Virus record (IMG/VR): IMGVR_UViG_3300022218_000001
Coordinates: 7,179-71,178 of that record
DNA length: 64,000 bases
Reading direction: 5' to 3' (one strand)
Origin: a virus
Taxonomy: Duplodnaviria > Heunggongvirae > Uroviricota > Caudoviricetes
Below the pieces are notes generated by a model. It did no database searches, had not been told where the DNA came from, and saw only the letters and a program-made list of their open reading frames with translations. Shown here piece after piece: positions 18,347-27,568 of this stretch. The number at the start of each line of letters is the position of its first letter. Position 1 is the stretch's first letter. The translations under genes were made by a program, and so were the position numbers.

Positions 18347-18389
18347 GGGCGGCCACTTTCTCATTTAAGCTGGCCGCCCGTCTTTTTTT
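18347..18389 (+). terminator. rho-independent terminator
   Basis: gggcggcca...tggccgccc stem followed by T8. Confidence 0.7.
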
Positions 18390-18397
18390 GTTGTAAT

Positions 18398-18563
18398 ATG
18401 AGCGGCAGATTGATCATCGATCCGGAAAACCGAGCGGCGGCGCCTCGCGCGCGCGTGAGTCGGTTTTGGAGACCAAAAGCATGCAAGAGTACACGAGAGA
18501 CAATCAAGCGGCTTGGACATCGCGGCCCCCGTAAGTTGGCATTTGCGCCTGCGTTTGACGGAT
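18398..18563 (+). ncRNA. candidate small non-coding RNA between two terminators
   Basis: ~170-nt GC-rich segment bounded by two intrinsic terminators; only an Arg-rich low-complexity ORF; no RBS. Confidence 0.25.
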
Positions 18564-18598
18564 GGTCCACCTTTCCAGGAGGTGGGCCATTTTTTTTT
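18564..18598 (+). terminator. rho-independent terminator
   Basis: ggtccacct...aggtgggcc stem followed by T9. Confidence 0.7.
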
Positions 18599-18600
18599 AT

Positions 18601-18629
18601 TTGACTTTTTATGTTCGTTCGTGTAATAT
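18601..18629 (+). promoter_or_regulatory. sigma70-like promoter (TTGACT-17-TAATAT)
   Basis: Consensus -35 immediately after terminator; upstream of 18672 gene. Confidence 0.55.
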
Positions 18630-18671
18630 GGACGAAAGTAAACCGTCAAGCGCAGCAGAAAGGAGCCTTCT

Positions 18672-19334
18672 ATGAAGAGACCGAGGGACAGCCAGCGATC
18701 AAAGCTCTACGGCGCAGAGCGCGTGGTCCCGGGCGGCGATCAGTTCGTATCTGTAGAGGAATGCCAGGCGTACGTGGACCGCATTACTGCAAGTGCCTGG
18801 TGGTGCACGTATCAGGTCCCGTGGATTGACAAGGACCCGCCAACAGGGAGGTCTTTGGTGTCTTCTTGCGGGACGCTTACTGTCCAGTTGCATGAGCGTT
18901 CGCCTGCGACCAGGCTTGGCTGGGGTAGCAAAAGTAAGAAGCCACCAAAGAGGGCAAAGGGGATAATCCCATGCAGAGATGAATCAAAGCCAGTGGTCCA
19001 CGTCCTTGACGGCCGTGGTCGAAGCTCCGCCTGTGCCTACGCCGATGTCATCAAGCTTCCATGCTGGGCACGGTGCGAGCGAGTGATTTTGCACGAACTC
19101 TCTCACATAATTCAAACAGAGAACCCAGGGCATGGGCGCCAGTTCGCACGCATTTTTCTTGATATAACCAAGCGTTTTCATTCCAACCGCGAAGCCTGGA
19201 TCACCCTTAAGGCCGCGTACAAAAAGCACAAGGTACGATGGAAGAAGAAGCGGAAGGTGAGCCCGGACAACCCTGGGCTCCGTAAGTTCCGAGAAATAGC
19301 AGCAGCACGGAGAGAAAACGGGAAGACGTCATGA
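18672..19334 (+). CDS. SprT-like HExxH zinc metallopeptidase-domain protein
   Basis: ILHELSHIIQTENPGHGRQFARIF (HExxH ... HG..F) pattern of SprT-like family. Confidence 0.45.
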   Translation: MKRPRDSQRSKLYGAERVVPGGDQFVSVEECQAYVDRITASAWWCTYQVPWIDKDPPTGRSLVSSCGTLTVQLHERSPATRLGWGSKSKKPPKRAKGIIPCRDESKPVVHVLDGRGRSSACAYADVIKLPCWARCERVILHELSHIIQTENPGHGRQFARIFLDITKRFHSNREAWITLKAAYKKHKVRWKKKRKVSPDNPGLRKFREIAAARRENGKTS

Positions 19335-19552
19335 GCTACATGTTTTGCTTCGGGAATTGCATCAACTGTAGAGCGCCGATTAGCTTTGCTCCGAACAAGG
19401 TCCCCAGCATCCGGTTCCCTTCACCCAATGGGCCAAAAGAACCGCTTTGCCGGGGCTGCGCTGAGCAGCTCAACGACATGATTGAGGAGCGCGGCGGAGA
19501 GCGCGTGCCGATTCAGGAAGGGGCCTATGAGCCCGAGGAAGCTGGGATATGA
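19331..19552 (+). CDS. small zinc-ribbon protein
   Basis: CFGNCINC ... CRGC. Confidence 0.35.
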   Translation: MSYMFCFGNCINCRAPISFAPNKVPSIRFPSPNGPKEPLCRGCAEQLNDMIEERGGERVPIQEGAYEPEEAGI

Positions 19553-19740
19553 AAGATCCACGCAAGTGCGATAGGTGCGGCGCAGAGCTTGTCTGGGTGC
19601 GGGCAAAAACTGGACATGCCTGCCGCAATTTTTTCCAATGTAAAAAATGCAGAAAGATGATTTCGCCAAAGCAGTCGACGGCAAGACAGCGAGAGATTGT
19701 AAGCTTTATTTCAAACGGGGGACTGAAAGATGACGGATAG
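19549..19740 (+). CDS. small zinc-ribbon protein
   Basis: CDRC...CKKC. Confidence 0.35.
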   Translation: MKDPRKCDRCGAELVWVRAKTGHACRNFFQCKKCRKMISPKQSTARQREIVSFISNGGLKDDG

Positions 19741-19915
19741 GCAGCCTACGGTTGAAGACATTGCTTCAGACCTACTTGCATACCTCGGATATGGTGGAGT
19801 CGACGATTTCCTGGAGGTGCTCAGTGAGGCTTGCCTTATGGACAATCCGAATACCGAGCTTGTGCGTCTCTACGAAACTGTACGGCTTTTTTACAAGGCG
19901 GAGCACGACGGGTAA
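19730..19915 (+). CDS. hypothetical small protein
   Basis: ATGA overlaps on both sides. Confidence 0.3.
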   Translation: MTDRQPTVEDIASDLLAYLGYGGVDDFLEVLSEACLMDNPNTELVRLYETVRLFYKAEHDG

Positions 19916-20232
19916 TGACGACAACCCTGCCGCTCTACACAGGAGCCCGCCCGTGCCTTCGTTGCGGTTATTGCTGTAAACAGACCCCATGTTGGCTTGG
20001 GCGATGGACTCTGGATGAGACTCAGTGCTGGTACCTGGTAAAAGAACGCTCGGGTGAGTATTCCTGTTCAATTGCCGATGAGATTACAAAGAAGCGCGGA
20101 TGGGAGATAGCCCCTGCCTTCGGTGCTGGGTGTTGCTCACCCCTGAACCAGGACCGTAAAAAAATAGAGGAAAACGCGGATTTAGGGGTTGAACCTCCGC
20201 TGGTTCGCCCGTATAATACGGGCAAAGGTTGA
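19915..20232 (+). CDS. Cys-rich small protein
   Basis: CLRCGYCCKQTPC ... CC motifs. Confidence 0.35.
   Translation: MTTTLPLYTGARPCLRCGYCCKQTPCWLGRWTLDETQCWYLVKERSGEYSCSIADEITKKRGWEIAPAFGAGCCSPLNQDRKKIEENADLGVEPPLVRPYNTGKG
20189..20217 (+). promoter_or_regulatory. sigma70-like promoter (TTGAAC-17-TATAAT)
   Basis: Consensus hexamers inside the recurring TTCGCCCGTATAATACG motif; upstream of ATG 20283. Confidence 0.55.
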
Positions 20233-20282
20233 GCCAGGGGAGCCCAGCCGGAAACCACCAGCTTTTACCAAGGAGCGAAACC

Positions 20283-21560
20283 ATGCAGGATTACGAAAAC
20301 AAGACGGTCGCAGAGTTCAGCAGCTTCCGAGGCCGTGGAAGCCTGGCCGATGTTGTCAAGGAACTGGAGCGCCAGGTCGATAAGGCCTGCGACTTTGTTG
20401 CTGATACGCGCGACATGGAGTGGGCCGTCGACGAGCAAGGCAACCTTGTCCTGAAGCCGAAAAACGACAATCTCCGGGACTTCCTGCCGCAAGAAGGCCT
20501 TCCGCTTCTCGACCAGGCTCTCTCCCAGGTCGCCTCCAAGGCCCCGATCCCATCCTGGTCGGCGCAGGTGCTCGACGGCGACAAGGCCAGGAATGCAGGG
20601 ATCCCCATTCGGTTCTTTCGTGCTGCGCTCAAGAAGCACCCTGCCCGAACGCTCGACTTTTTAAATGGGGTGATGTGGGATGAGGCCAAGAGGCGCATGG
20701 TGCGCTGCCTCGACGACCGGGTGCGCGCTTTTTTGTCTGATCAGTATCGAGACATTCCTACGCTTTCCGTGGCGAAGCACACTCTTGGGATCATCAAGGA
20801 TCTCTCTGGGAAGGTCATCGAGGCGAGCGTCACCGATAGCCATATCCGCATCAAGGTGATTGCGACGGATATTTGGGACAGGATAGAGGCGGCCCGGACC
20901 GACAGGCCTTCTTCTGAGTGGTATGCTGGCGGGCTTGGATCTCAGGAGGCTCTTACCCGCGTCTCTGCTCGCTCACATGACGACCTGCGCCCCTTGAAGG
21001 AAAAGATGAAAGAGCAGGGTGGGGACCAGACCATCTGGCCTTCTGCTACGATTCTGAACAGCCCAACAGGGCACGGCGGCCTTGAGTTCCGGGGCGGATT
21101 TCTCAAGGGGATCTGCTTCAATCTTGCAACGGTCGAGCAAATCATGCGAGAGGTGCATCTTGGCTCGAGGCTCGACACTGGGATCTACAAGCGGGACACT
21201 GTTGAGGCGGAGGCCGATGCCCTTTTCCTGAAGCTCCGCGACAACCTTTCGGCCTGGTTTACCCAGGAAAAATTCACTGAAGTCTGTAACAAAATGCGCG
21301 CCTCGGCTGAAAAGAAAATCGAGCTTCCAAGCGCGGCGGTAAAGCTTCTTGTCGAGAATGATCTCTTGAAGGATTCAGAGCTTGACAATGTCCTCGATCA
21401 TTTCATGAATGAGCACCGAACGGTGCATGGGCTTGGGCAGGCCGTCTCCCGCTACTCTCAGGATGTCGGCGCAGACCGCGCAGAAGATCTGGAAGAGCTT
21501 GCTGGGGCGCTATGCCTTGGCAATGAAAACAAGGTGCTCGCGAAGGCGCTCACCCAATAA
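20283..21560 (+). CDS. hypothetical protein (426 aa)
   Basis: RBS aaggag before ATG 20283; no motif recognised. Confidence 0.5.
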   Translation: MQDYENKTVAEFSSFRGRGSLADVVKELERQVDKACDFVADTRDMEWAVDEQGNLVLKPKNDNLRDFLPQEGLPLLDQALSQVASKAPIPSWSAQVLDGDKARNAGIPIRFFRAALKKHPARTLDFLNGVMWDEAKRRMVRCLDDRVRAFLSDQYRDIPTLSVAKHTLGIIKDLSGKVIEASVTDSHIRIKVIATDIWDRIEAARTDRPSSEWYAGGLGSQEALTRVSARSHDDLRPLKEKMKEQGGDQTIWPSATILNSPTGHGGLEFRGGFLKGICFNLATVEQIMREVHLGSRLDTGIYKRDTVEAEADALFLKLRDNLSAWFTQEKFTEVCNKMRASAEKKIELPSAAVKLLVENDLLKDSELDNVLDHFMNEHRTVHGLGQAVSRYSQDVGADRAEDLEELAGALCLGNENKVLAKALTQ

Positions 21561-21625
21561 AACTCATCGCCTGGCGCTGGCCCCGGGGGAAACTTCGGGG
21601 CAAGCGTCAGTAGAAGGACGAAGCC

Positions 21626-21895
21626 ATGAACTCTGACACTGAAAAAAAGAAAAAAGACCCACGGAGCATGCCCATCTATTTGTGCCCGCATTGCGGCGAC
21701 GGCATCCGAGGGAACGGCTTTGCCAGGCATGAGGCTTCCTGTAAGCGGAAGCTTGAGCTTGGCAAGGTAACAAAGAAACTGTACCCAATTCCGCTTCCAG
21801 TCCTTCGCTATGATGCCTTCTCGGCGTGGTGCCTGGAACGGAATTTGACGCTCGCGGAGGGCGTCGACAAGCTAATAGAAGAGAAGGTCGGTTAG
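21626..21895 (+). CDS. small zinc-ribbon protein
   Basis: CPHCGDG...C motif. Confidence 0.35.
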   Translation: MNSDTEKKKKDPRSMPIYLCPHCGDGIRGNGFARHEASCKRKLELGKVTKKLYPIPLPVLRYDAFSAWCLERNLTLAEGVDKLIEEKVG

Positions 21896-21902
21896 GAGAA
21901 TT

Positions 21903-22160
21903 ATGGCAGACAAGAAGAAGGCTACGAAGGCTTTGAAAAAAGCACCGGGCCAAAAGGCCATAAAGAAGCCAGGCAAGGTTCGGTGTAGTTTCAAGATCGA
22001 TGAGGCGAAGCTGCGGAGGTTCCATGCAAAACTGAAGCGCAGCAACCACGATCTCGATGAGCTGTTTGCGGCCTTTGTCCAAGCGTACGAGAACCGAACG
22101 ATTGCCGGCGCCAAGCTTGGACTGGTGATCACTGTCAAGAGCAAGAAAAAGAAGGCCTGA
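21903..22160 (+). CDS. ribbon-helix-helix DNA-binding protein with basic N-terminal tail
   Basis: VRCSFKIDEAKLRRFHAKLKRSNHDLDELFAAFVQAY: beta-strand plus two helices typical of RHH/Arc fold. Confidence 0.4.
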   Translation: MADKKKATKALKKAPGQKAIKKPGKVRCSFKIDEAKLRRFHAKLKRSNHDLDELFAAFVQAYENRTIAGAKLGLVITVKSKKKKA

Positions 22161-22174
22161 AAGGACCCGAACTC

Positions 22175-22729
22175 GTGGACGAAACTGACCTACTGCAAGA
22201 GCAAAACCGAGTCATTCATTGCCTAAGTGAAAGTGTTCAGTCTTTACGGGAGGAGGTCGCTGACGGACCGAAAGCGGGGCACATCCTTGCCTTGACTCAA
22301 GCGGTTCAGTATAGCGCCCTCCTCCAGTTTCATGACTTGATGCTTCGCTACGGTGGTTCGACTGTTGAAATGTCAAACGAAGAACTGCCGCCCGAGAACG
22401 TTGAGCGAGCCAAGAGGATCCTTATCGCCAGCGGCCTTGCCAAGGTCCCCCCTCCGCCATTTGAGAGATCACTTCGGGCCGCAATGGTGATGGCGAAAAT
22501 CAGGGTCACAGAGGAGGCCGTCGACGATGCTGCCAAGGCCGAGGCTGCGATGAGAGAAGGGGCAGACTCGATCATGACAGAGGCAAGCTGGGCTCATCTG
22601 AGAAAGCTGTGCGAGCGGACCGGCAAAGGGCCAGGGGAGCTGCTCGAGAACTCACTCTGCGAGTCTGTCGCGCTCGAGGCCTCCGCGCACATCCAAAAAG
22701 AGCAAGGGGGTGACGATGGACCCGGATAA
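22175..22729 (+). CDS. hypothetical protein
   Basis: 184-aa ORF. Confidence 0.4.
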   Translation: MDETDLLQEQNRVIHCLSESVQSLREEVADGPKAGHILALTQAVQYSALLQFHDLMLRYGGSTVEMSNEELPPENVERAKRILIASGLAKVPPPPFERSLRAAMVMAKIRVTEEAVDDAAKAEAAMREGADSIMTEASWAHLRKLCERTGKGPGELLENSLCESVALEASAHIQKEQGGDDGPG

Positions 22730-23177
22730 CCCGACTGTAGCCTTCGAGCTAAAGCGTTCAAGCTGGGAGAACATCTTCAGGGTGCTCAAGTGGTGCGCTC
22801 CGATGCACTGTAGCAATGAGGAAGAGTATAAGGCGCAGACCGATGAGTTCTGGAGCCTTGGGAATTTCTGGGCATCTGTTCAATCCCTTCAGGGCCAGCT
22901 TTCTGACCACACGCGCCTCACCGACCTGTACCAGCGAGAGTGGCCACCTCTTCCAGCCGAGGATGCAGAAAACTTTGTGCTTCCCTGTAGCCTCTGTGGT
23001 GCTCGTTTTGTTGAGGGCGATGTGCTTTGTGCTATCGAAATTGAGCCCGCCGATGCAGGTGAGATTCAAAGGAAAAAGCGTGGTGAGGCGTACACGGCCG
23101 CATGCGATGTGGCTCACAAGGCATGCTACGAGAAGGCCGCGCGGGTTGTTCGATTTGTAGAGACTGACAAACTGTAG
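22710..23177 (+). CDS. hypothetical Cys-containing protein
   Basis: 155-aa ORF. Confidence 0.35.
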   Translation: MTMDPDNPTVAFELKRSSWENIFRVLKWCAPMHCSNEEEYKAQTDEFWSLGNFWASVQSLQGQLSDHTRLTDLYQREWPPLPAEDAENFVLPCSLCGARFVEGDVLCAIEIEPADAGEIQRKKRGEAYTAACDVAHKACYEKAARVVRFVETDKL

Positions 23178-23197
23178 GAATGGCATGAAAGGAATTT

Positions 23198-23812
23198 GTG
23201 ATGTTGGTTGAAACCTTTGAGACAACAGAGATAGACAGCTCTTGCAAGGATGCCGAGGCTGCAAGCGAAGAGCAGGTAGAGCTGATGCAAGAGCTTGATC
23301 TTACGGGGCAGCTTGAACTGGTAAGTGGCGCAGGGGAGGACGGAGAGGCCCCGCAGATCTCCCCGTATCGGCTGATGACCGATGAGGAGTACCGGGTCTA
23401 TAAGGTTCTCTGCCCTGAAACGATCAAGCCTAGAGACTTCAACGAGCATGCCATCCCGCTTCGAGTGCTTCAGGTACTCGCCCATGCAACGCAGCTTGGC
23501 ACGCTTGGAGATATAAGAATCTGGGCGAGGAAATCTTCTTATATCAAAGACCCTGTCCTTGTCGGCATCCTCTCTGACTACAACTGGGATCGGAAGATCT
23601 TCCTTCTTGCTCGTTGGGGCGAGGAGCTGCGACCGTTCGAGGAGCTACGCACTCTGGCCGGGAAGCTTTTGAAACAAACGAAGCTCGCCGAGTTCTTAAA
23701 AGTGCTCTCTACTGCAAAGGCCCGGGTTTCTGCGCTTGGAGCCCTTGACGATGAGTTTGTAATTTCATCCGGCGAGAAGATTGGGAAGCCGTCGCTTTCG
23801 GAGGATGAGTGA
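23198..23812 (+). CDS. hypothetical protein
   Basis: 204-aa ORF. Confidence 0.4.
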   Translation: MMLVETFETTEIDSSCKDAEAASEEQVELMQELDLTGQLELVSGAGEDGEAPQISPYRLMTDEEYRVYKVLCPETIKPRDFNEHAIPLRVLQVLAHATQLGTLGDIRIWARKSSYIKDPVLVGILSDYNWDRKIFLLARWGEELRPFEELRTLAGKLLKQTKLAEFLKVLSTAKARVSALGALDDEFVISSGEKIGKPSLSEDE

Positions 23813-24066
23813 TGATGCCTGTCGACTTCCCAGAGCGAACAGTTCTCGTTGCTGAAAAACAGGATGAGTACATTACGCTCCCCGCATTCCAGGACAAGAT
23901 AGAGACAGTCTCCTGCTGGACCTTCACCCTATGGGAGCGTGTGCGCATCTTCTTTGGTGCACGCCTCTGGCTTCGACAGCTCAATTTTGGCAAGAGCCTA
24001 CAGCCACAACTTCCACAGATAAAAAGGCCGTTTGAAAATGATAAGAGCACGCCCGGGACCGAATGA
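23809..24066 (+). CDS. hypothetical small protein
   Basis: ATGA overlap with upstream. Confidence 0.3.
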   Translation: MMMPVDFPERTVLVAEKQDEYITLPAFQDKIETVSCWTFTLWERVRIFFGARLWLRQLNFGKSLQPQLPQIKRPFENDKSTPGTE

Positions 24067-24120
24067 GGTAGAGACTGCTCTACGTTTATACTGCGAGCTT
24101 GAAAAGGACATGCATGGTTT

Positions 24121-24798
24121 ATGAACAGCCAGGAGAAAAGAAAACGCGATGCGGAACTCAACGAAAAGCGAAGGCAGCGCATCCGCGACCGCAGACGAAG
24201 AGAGCTTGAAGACGCTGTTGCCAGCGAGTCAGATAAGCGGCAGCGTGATCTCTTCGAGGGGCGTCTGCTCGTTCACGCCGATGGGCACAGCATCGAGTTC
24301 GAGACAGCGCCGAAATGCTGGCACTGCGGGTCGACCGCCCAGCAGAGACCCTACGTCTCCGATGCGACCTGCCCAAAGTGTGGTCGGGAAGAGGCGTACG
24401 TAAAGCACGAAGATAATCCTCCGGAGCCCGTTGTTGAGCCCCCGGAGCCTCCTGCTAAGCCTGACCATCGCCCGTGGTACCTGCGATTCTTTCGAAAGAC
24501 CGAGGAGGCGTGGGGTATGATTGTTTTGCCGATGGAAAAGCCGGTAGCGATCGAAGATTTTATTATTGAAGCGAAACTCCACGCCCGAAAGCTGGGGGTG
24601 CCGGTTTTGAGGGGCATTCTTTCTGTGGAGTTTTTCGAGCGTTTGTTGATGAGCGATCTTGTATCTTCTGAACAACGTCTGAGGTTGAGGGTGATGGATC
24701 GCCCAGAACTTCGTTTATTTGGTATCGACTTTTCAGTCGATGAGGACCAAGACGATCGCCTTTGCCTCGTGGTAGAGGAAAAGATTCGTCGCCCATGA
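24121..24798 (+). CDS. hypothetical protein with basic N-terminus and CxxC ribbon
   Basis: CWHCG...CPKCG. Confidence 0.4.
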   Translation: MNSQEKRKRDAELNEKRRQRIRDRRRRELEDAVASESDKRQRDLFEGRLLVHADGHSIEFETAPKCWHCGSTAQQRPYVSDATCPKCGREEAYVKHEDNPPEPVVEPPEPPAKPDHRPWYLRFFRKTEEAWGMIVLPMEKPVAIEDFIIEAKLHARKLGVPVLRGILSVEFFERLLMSDLVSSEQRLRLRVMDRPELRLFGIDFSVDEDQDDRLCLVVEEKIRRP

Positions 24799-25008
24799 AT
24801 GACAGGCAGCGGATTGGCAATGACAGATAAAGACAGCCCGAATTTTAAAGAATTCTTAAAAGAGTACACCCAGGAGTTCTGCGGTGATGAGACACCGCGC
24901 ATCGAAGACACGGCGCATTACTTCTACCTTGCTGGGCGAGCCGTCGAACGTAAGAGCTGGGAGAACGCTCGCAACCCGGGCGACTTTGTAGAAGAGGATT
25001 TGTTTTGA
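24799..25008 (+). CDS. hypothetical small protein
   Basis: ORF abuts neighbours. Confidence 0.3.
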   Translation: MTGSGLAMTDKDSPNFKEFLKEYTQEFCGDETPRIEDTAHYFYLAGRAVERKSWENARNPGDFVEEDLF

Positions 25009-25388
25009 GCTGTAGCGAATTCTTACCATTTGAAGAAGAAGCCAGGAAGAACAACCCGCAGAACGTGGATCTCTACCTGGCGACAGAACAGTGGGTCAAG
25101 AAGTACCCAGAGGTCTATGAGATGTTCCGGCGCTTTACACAAGAAGCAATGGCGCGTGGCCGGTCGTTCGGCATTGGGCTTATTGCTGAGCGTGTGCGCT
25201 GGGAGTGCTTTTTTCTCTACGACGAAGAATACAAGATCAATAACAATTACCGCGCCTACATAGCTCGACGCCTTTTGCGAGAATTCCCGAAGCTTTCAGA
25301 CTTCATCAAATTTCGCGAAACGAACTACGGGCCAAAAGGGCAACGCAGCAAGGATCCTTTGGGGAGAAACGATGGGACCGATGAGTGA
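25005..25388 (+). CDS. hypothetical protein
   Basis: 127-aa ORF. Confidence 0.35.
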   Translation: MSCSEFLPFEEEARKNNPQNVDLYLATEQWVKKYPEVYEMFRRFTQEAMARGRSFGIGLIAERVRWECFFLYDEEYKINNNYRAYIARRLLREFPKLSDFIKFRETNYGPKGQRSKDPLGRNDGTDE

Positions 25389-25584
25389 GAGTCAGAAGGC
25401 CGAGATCGATGCGATGAGTTACGAGGACATGCTTCACCTCTATCGTTTTTCACCAATCGGGCATCCCTATTTCGAGATGGGGACAGAGGTAGCCGAGTAT
25501 TTCGCAAAGCGGTTGCAAGAATTAAAGGTGAAGGTCGACCCGACGCTTGCAAGTAAGCGTGTAGGTCACAGGGAAGATGTGTAG
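25372..25584 (+). CDS. hypothetical small protein
   Basis: 70-aa ORF. Confidence 0.3.
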   Translation: MGPMSESQKAEIDAMSYEDMLHLYRFSPIGHPYFEMGTEVAEYFAKRLQELKVKVDPTLASKRVGHREDV

Positions 25585-26926
25585 ACCGCGAAAAGAAAAA
25601 GTTCCAAGAGTCTGCGAGCTGTGCGGGAAAGTAAAGATGCTTCCCCCGAGCCATGCGGCAAGAGGGGATGGTCGATTTTGCTCTCGCGATTGCGCCAGTA
25701 AGGCGCAGAGAAAGCCCAAGCCAAAACCACAAAAGCGGCCATGTCTCTGGTGCGGCAAACACATCGGGGATCTTTACCCAAACAAAAAATTCTGTTCTAA
25801 GGATTGCGGGAAGGCGAATCGGGAGAGATTCAAACCTACAGAATGTCCAGAGTGCGGGGAGTCTTTCAGGCGTTCTCGTGGTAAATATCCAGGGGCCGGG
25901 CGAAGCTTCATTCCGTATTGTTCAAAGCAGTGTGCGGAGCCGTATCTTTGCATACATTGCAATATTGAATTTGCAGGTTACGCCCCTAAGTATTGCTTCG
26001 ATTGCCACTCTGCCCTTTTTGCAGAGTGCCACATGTGCGAAAAATACGTTAGGCATGAGGACGCTGTTAATCTGTGCGACCAGTTCCCGATGCCTACTGA
26101 CTACCCCTATCATCTTGAGCCAAAGCACGGCTATTACCCTGTTTGTAAGTCGTGCTTTGATTCATCCGGTGGGGTAGATCATCGAATCGTGCCGCACAGA
26201 GAGGGCTGTCACGACGCTGAGTGCAAGGTTGAGCTGCCCTGGGGCCTGAGCCTTCGCTACGGGGGAAGAGTCCTTGCTCTTGAAGCTCCGCTGTGCGCTG
26301 CTTCACGTCACAGTTTTAGAGATTTGTATCGGTCTCTTAAGGAAGTTGGCATCAATCCAAGTCACGACCGGGGGCGCGATGCAAGCATTTTTTTTCGCAG
26401 GATTAGAAAGCTGGGCCTTTGTAATGTAATAATCTCCAATAAGTGGGGGCTTTTGTACGACAAAGAGCTTCTCGATAAATCGGCGAAGGAGTGCTGTCGA
26501 TGCGGTGACATCACATTGCTTGAAGGTCTTGACGGCGATGAGGTGTGCGATGGATGCAGGCTTGGTCGGTTCCGTTGTCATGAATGTTGGACTGAGTTTC
26601 CTCTGTCAGATTCCGAACATTCATTTGGCGACGAGTATAGATCGCAGGTAAAGCAGCACTTTTGTTCCGTTGCGTGTTGCAACAAATATGTAAGGAACAA
26701 CCCAGATTCTATCTTTTCGGATCGATACAGAGCCGGGGCTCTGGAGTGTTCTCTTGGTAGGGGCCATGGCGCATTTGGCATTTGCGCTGTCTGCCTCAAA
26801 GTGCGACCCGCTCGCCGTCTTAAATTTTGCAGCGATGAATGCCAGAAGGCTTCCCCTCAGTTGGTGGAGCCGCTCTACGATTGGAACCCATTGAAAGTGA
26901 AGGAGGCACTCGATGCCGTTTGCTGA
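25577..26926 (+). CDS. Cys-rich multi-zinc-ribbon protein
   Basis: More than 12 CxxC pairs spread over 449 aa. Confidence 0.45.
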   Translation: MCRPRKEKVPRVCELCGKVKMLPPSHAARGDGRFCSRDCASKAQRKPKPKPQKRPCLWCGKHIGDLYPNKKFCSKDCGKANRERFKPTECPECGESFRRSRGKYPGAGRSFIPYCSKQCAEPYLCIHCNIEFAGYAPKYCFDCHSALFAECHMCEKYVRHEDAVNLCDQFPMPTDYPYHLEPKHGYYPVCKSCFDSSGGVDHRIVPHREGCHDAECKVELPWGLSLRYGGRVLALEAPLCAASRHSFRDLYRSLKEVGINPSHDRGRDASIFFRRIRKLGLCNVIISNKWGLLYDKELLDKSAKECCRCGDITLLEGLDGDEVCDGCRLGRFRCHECWTEFPLSDSEHSFGDEYRSQVKQHFCSVACCNKYVRNNPDSIFSDRYRAGALECSLGRGHGAFGICAVCLKVRPARRLKFCSDECQKASPQLVEPLYDWNPLKVKEALDAVC

Positions 26927-27551
26927 CCACGAAGACCCGAGATTTAATGTGAAGACTTTCAAGAAGACAATAGAGGAGAACCTCAACGCCTCAAGAGAGA
27001 GCTTTGAGCTTCTCGTCGATGCTTACAATTGGTGGCAGTGGCCAGACAACCTCCGGGAGATGAACAAGGCGTTTCCCCGTATGAGGCGCGAATGGCTACG
27101 TCAACAGATCCAAATGATTTTCAACGCAGACCCTCAGATGCTATCGCGCATTGTTACACGCCTCGCGGGCTCCAAGAGCAGGGGGCCGCGCGCAAAGGCG
27201 TGGATGTTTGCGAAGCGGATTGGTACCTGGGAGCTTTACCATGCTGATCGAGTTCTAAAGCCAGAGCAACTCCGCTCTCTTCCTGGGAAGTTCAACGGCA
27301 AAGGACTTCTTAATCCTGAGCAGGTCCGATCTGTTGTTGACGACATGGCAGAAATCATCAAGAGTCGCCAGAAGATTGCAGACGCAGAGCGGATCAACTA
27401 CCCGCGTGAATACAAAAAGGCACTCGAGCGTGTTGCAGCGTTGCTTTCAGAGAATGCCGCGCTTTTAAAAGAAATCGAGAAGCTTCGAGAGGAGGTTGCT
27501 TGGTTTCGAGAAAACGTCGAGCTGAGGCCTGTCGCAAGTGCGAAGAATTAA
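26913..27551 (+). CDS. hypothetical protein
   Basis: C-terminal coiled-coil KEIEKLREEVAWFREN. Confidence 0.4.
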   Translation: MPFADHEDPRFNVKTFKKTIEENLNASRESFELLVDAYNWWQWPDNLREMNKAFPRMRREWLRQQIQMIFNADPQMLSRIVTRLAGSKSRGPRAKAWMFAKRIGTWELYHADRVLKPEQLRSLPGKFNGKGLLNPEQVRSVVDDMAEIIKSRQKIADAERINYPREYKKALERVAALLSENAALLKEIEKLREEVAWFRENVELRPVASAKN

Positions 27552-27568
27552 AGAGAGGTAGACTTGTC

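Noticed and set aside
18398-18604. 68-aa ORF 18398..18604 as a protein-coding gene
   Set aside because: It is Arg-rich and low-complexity, has no RBS, and its start sits inside a weak promoter-like element between two terminators. An ncRNA or leader interpretation is preferred.
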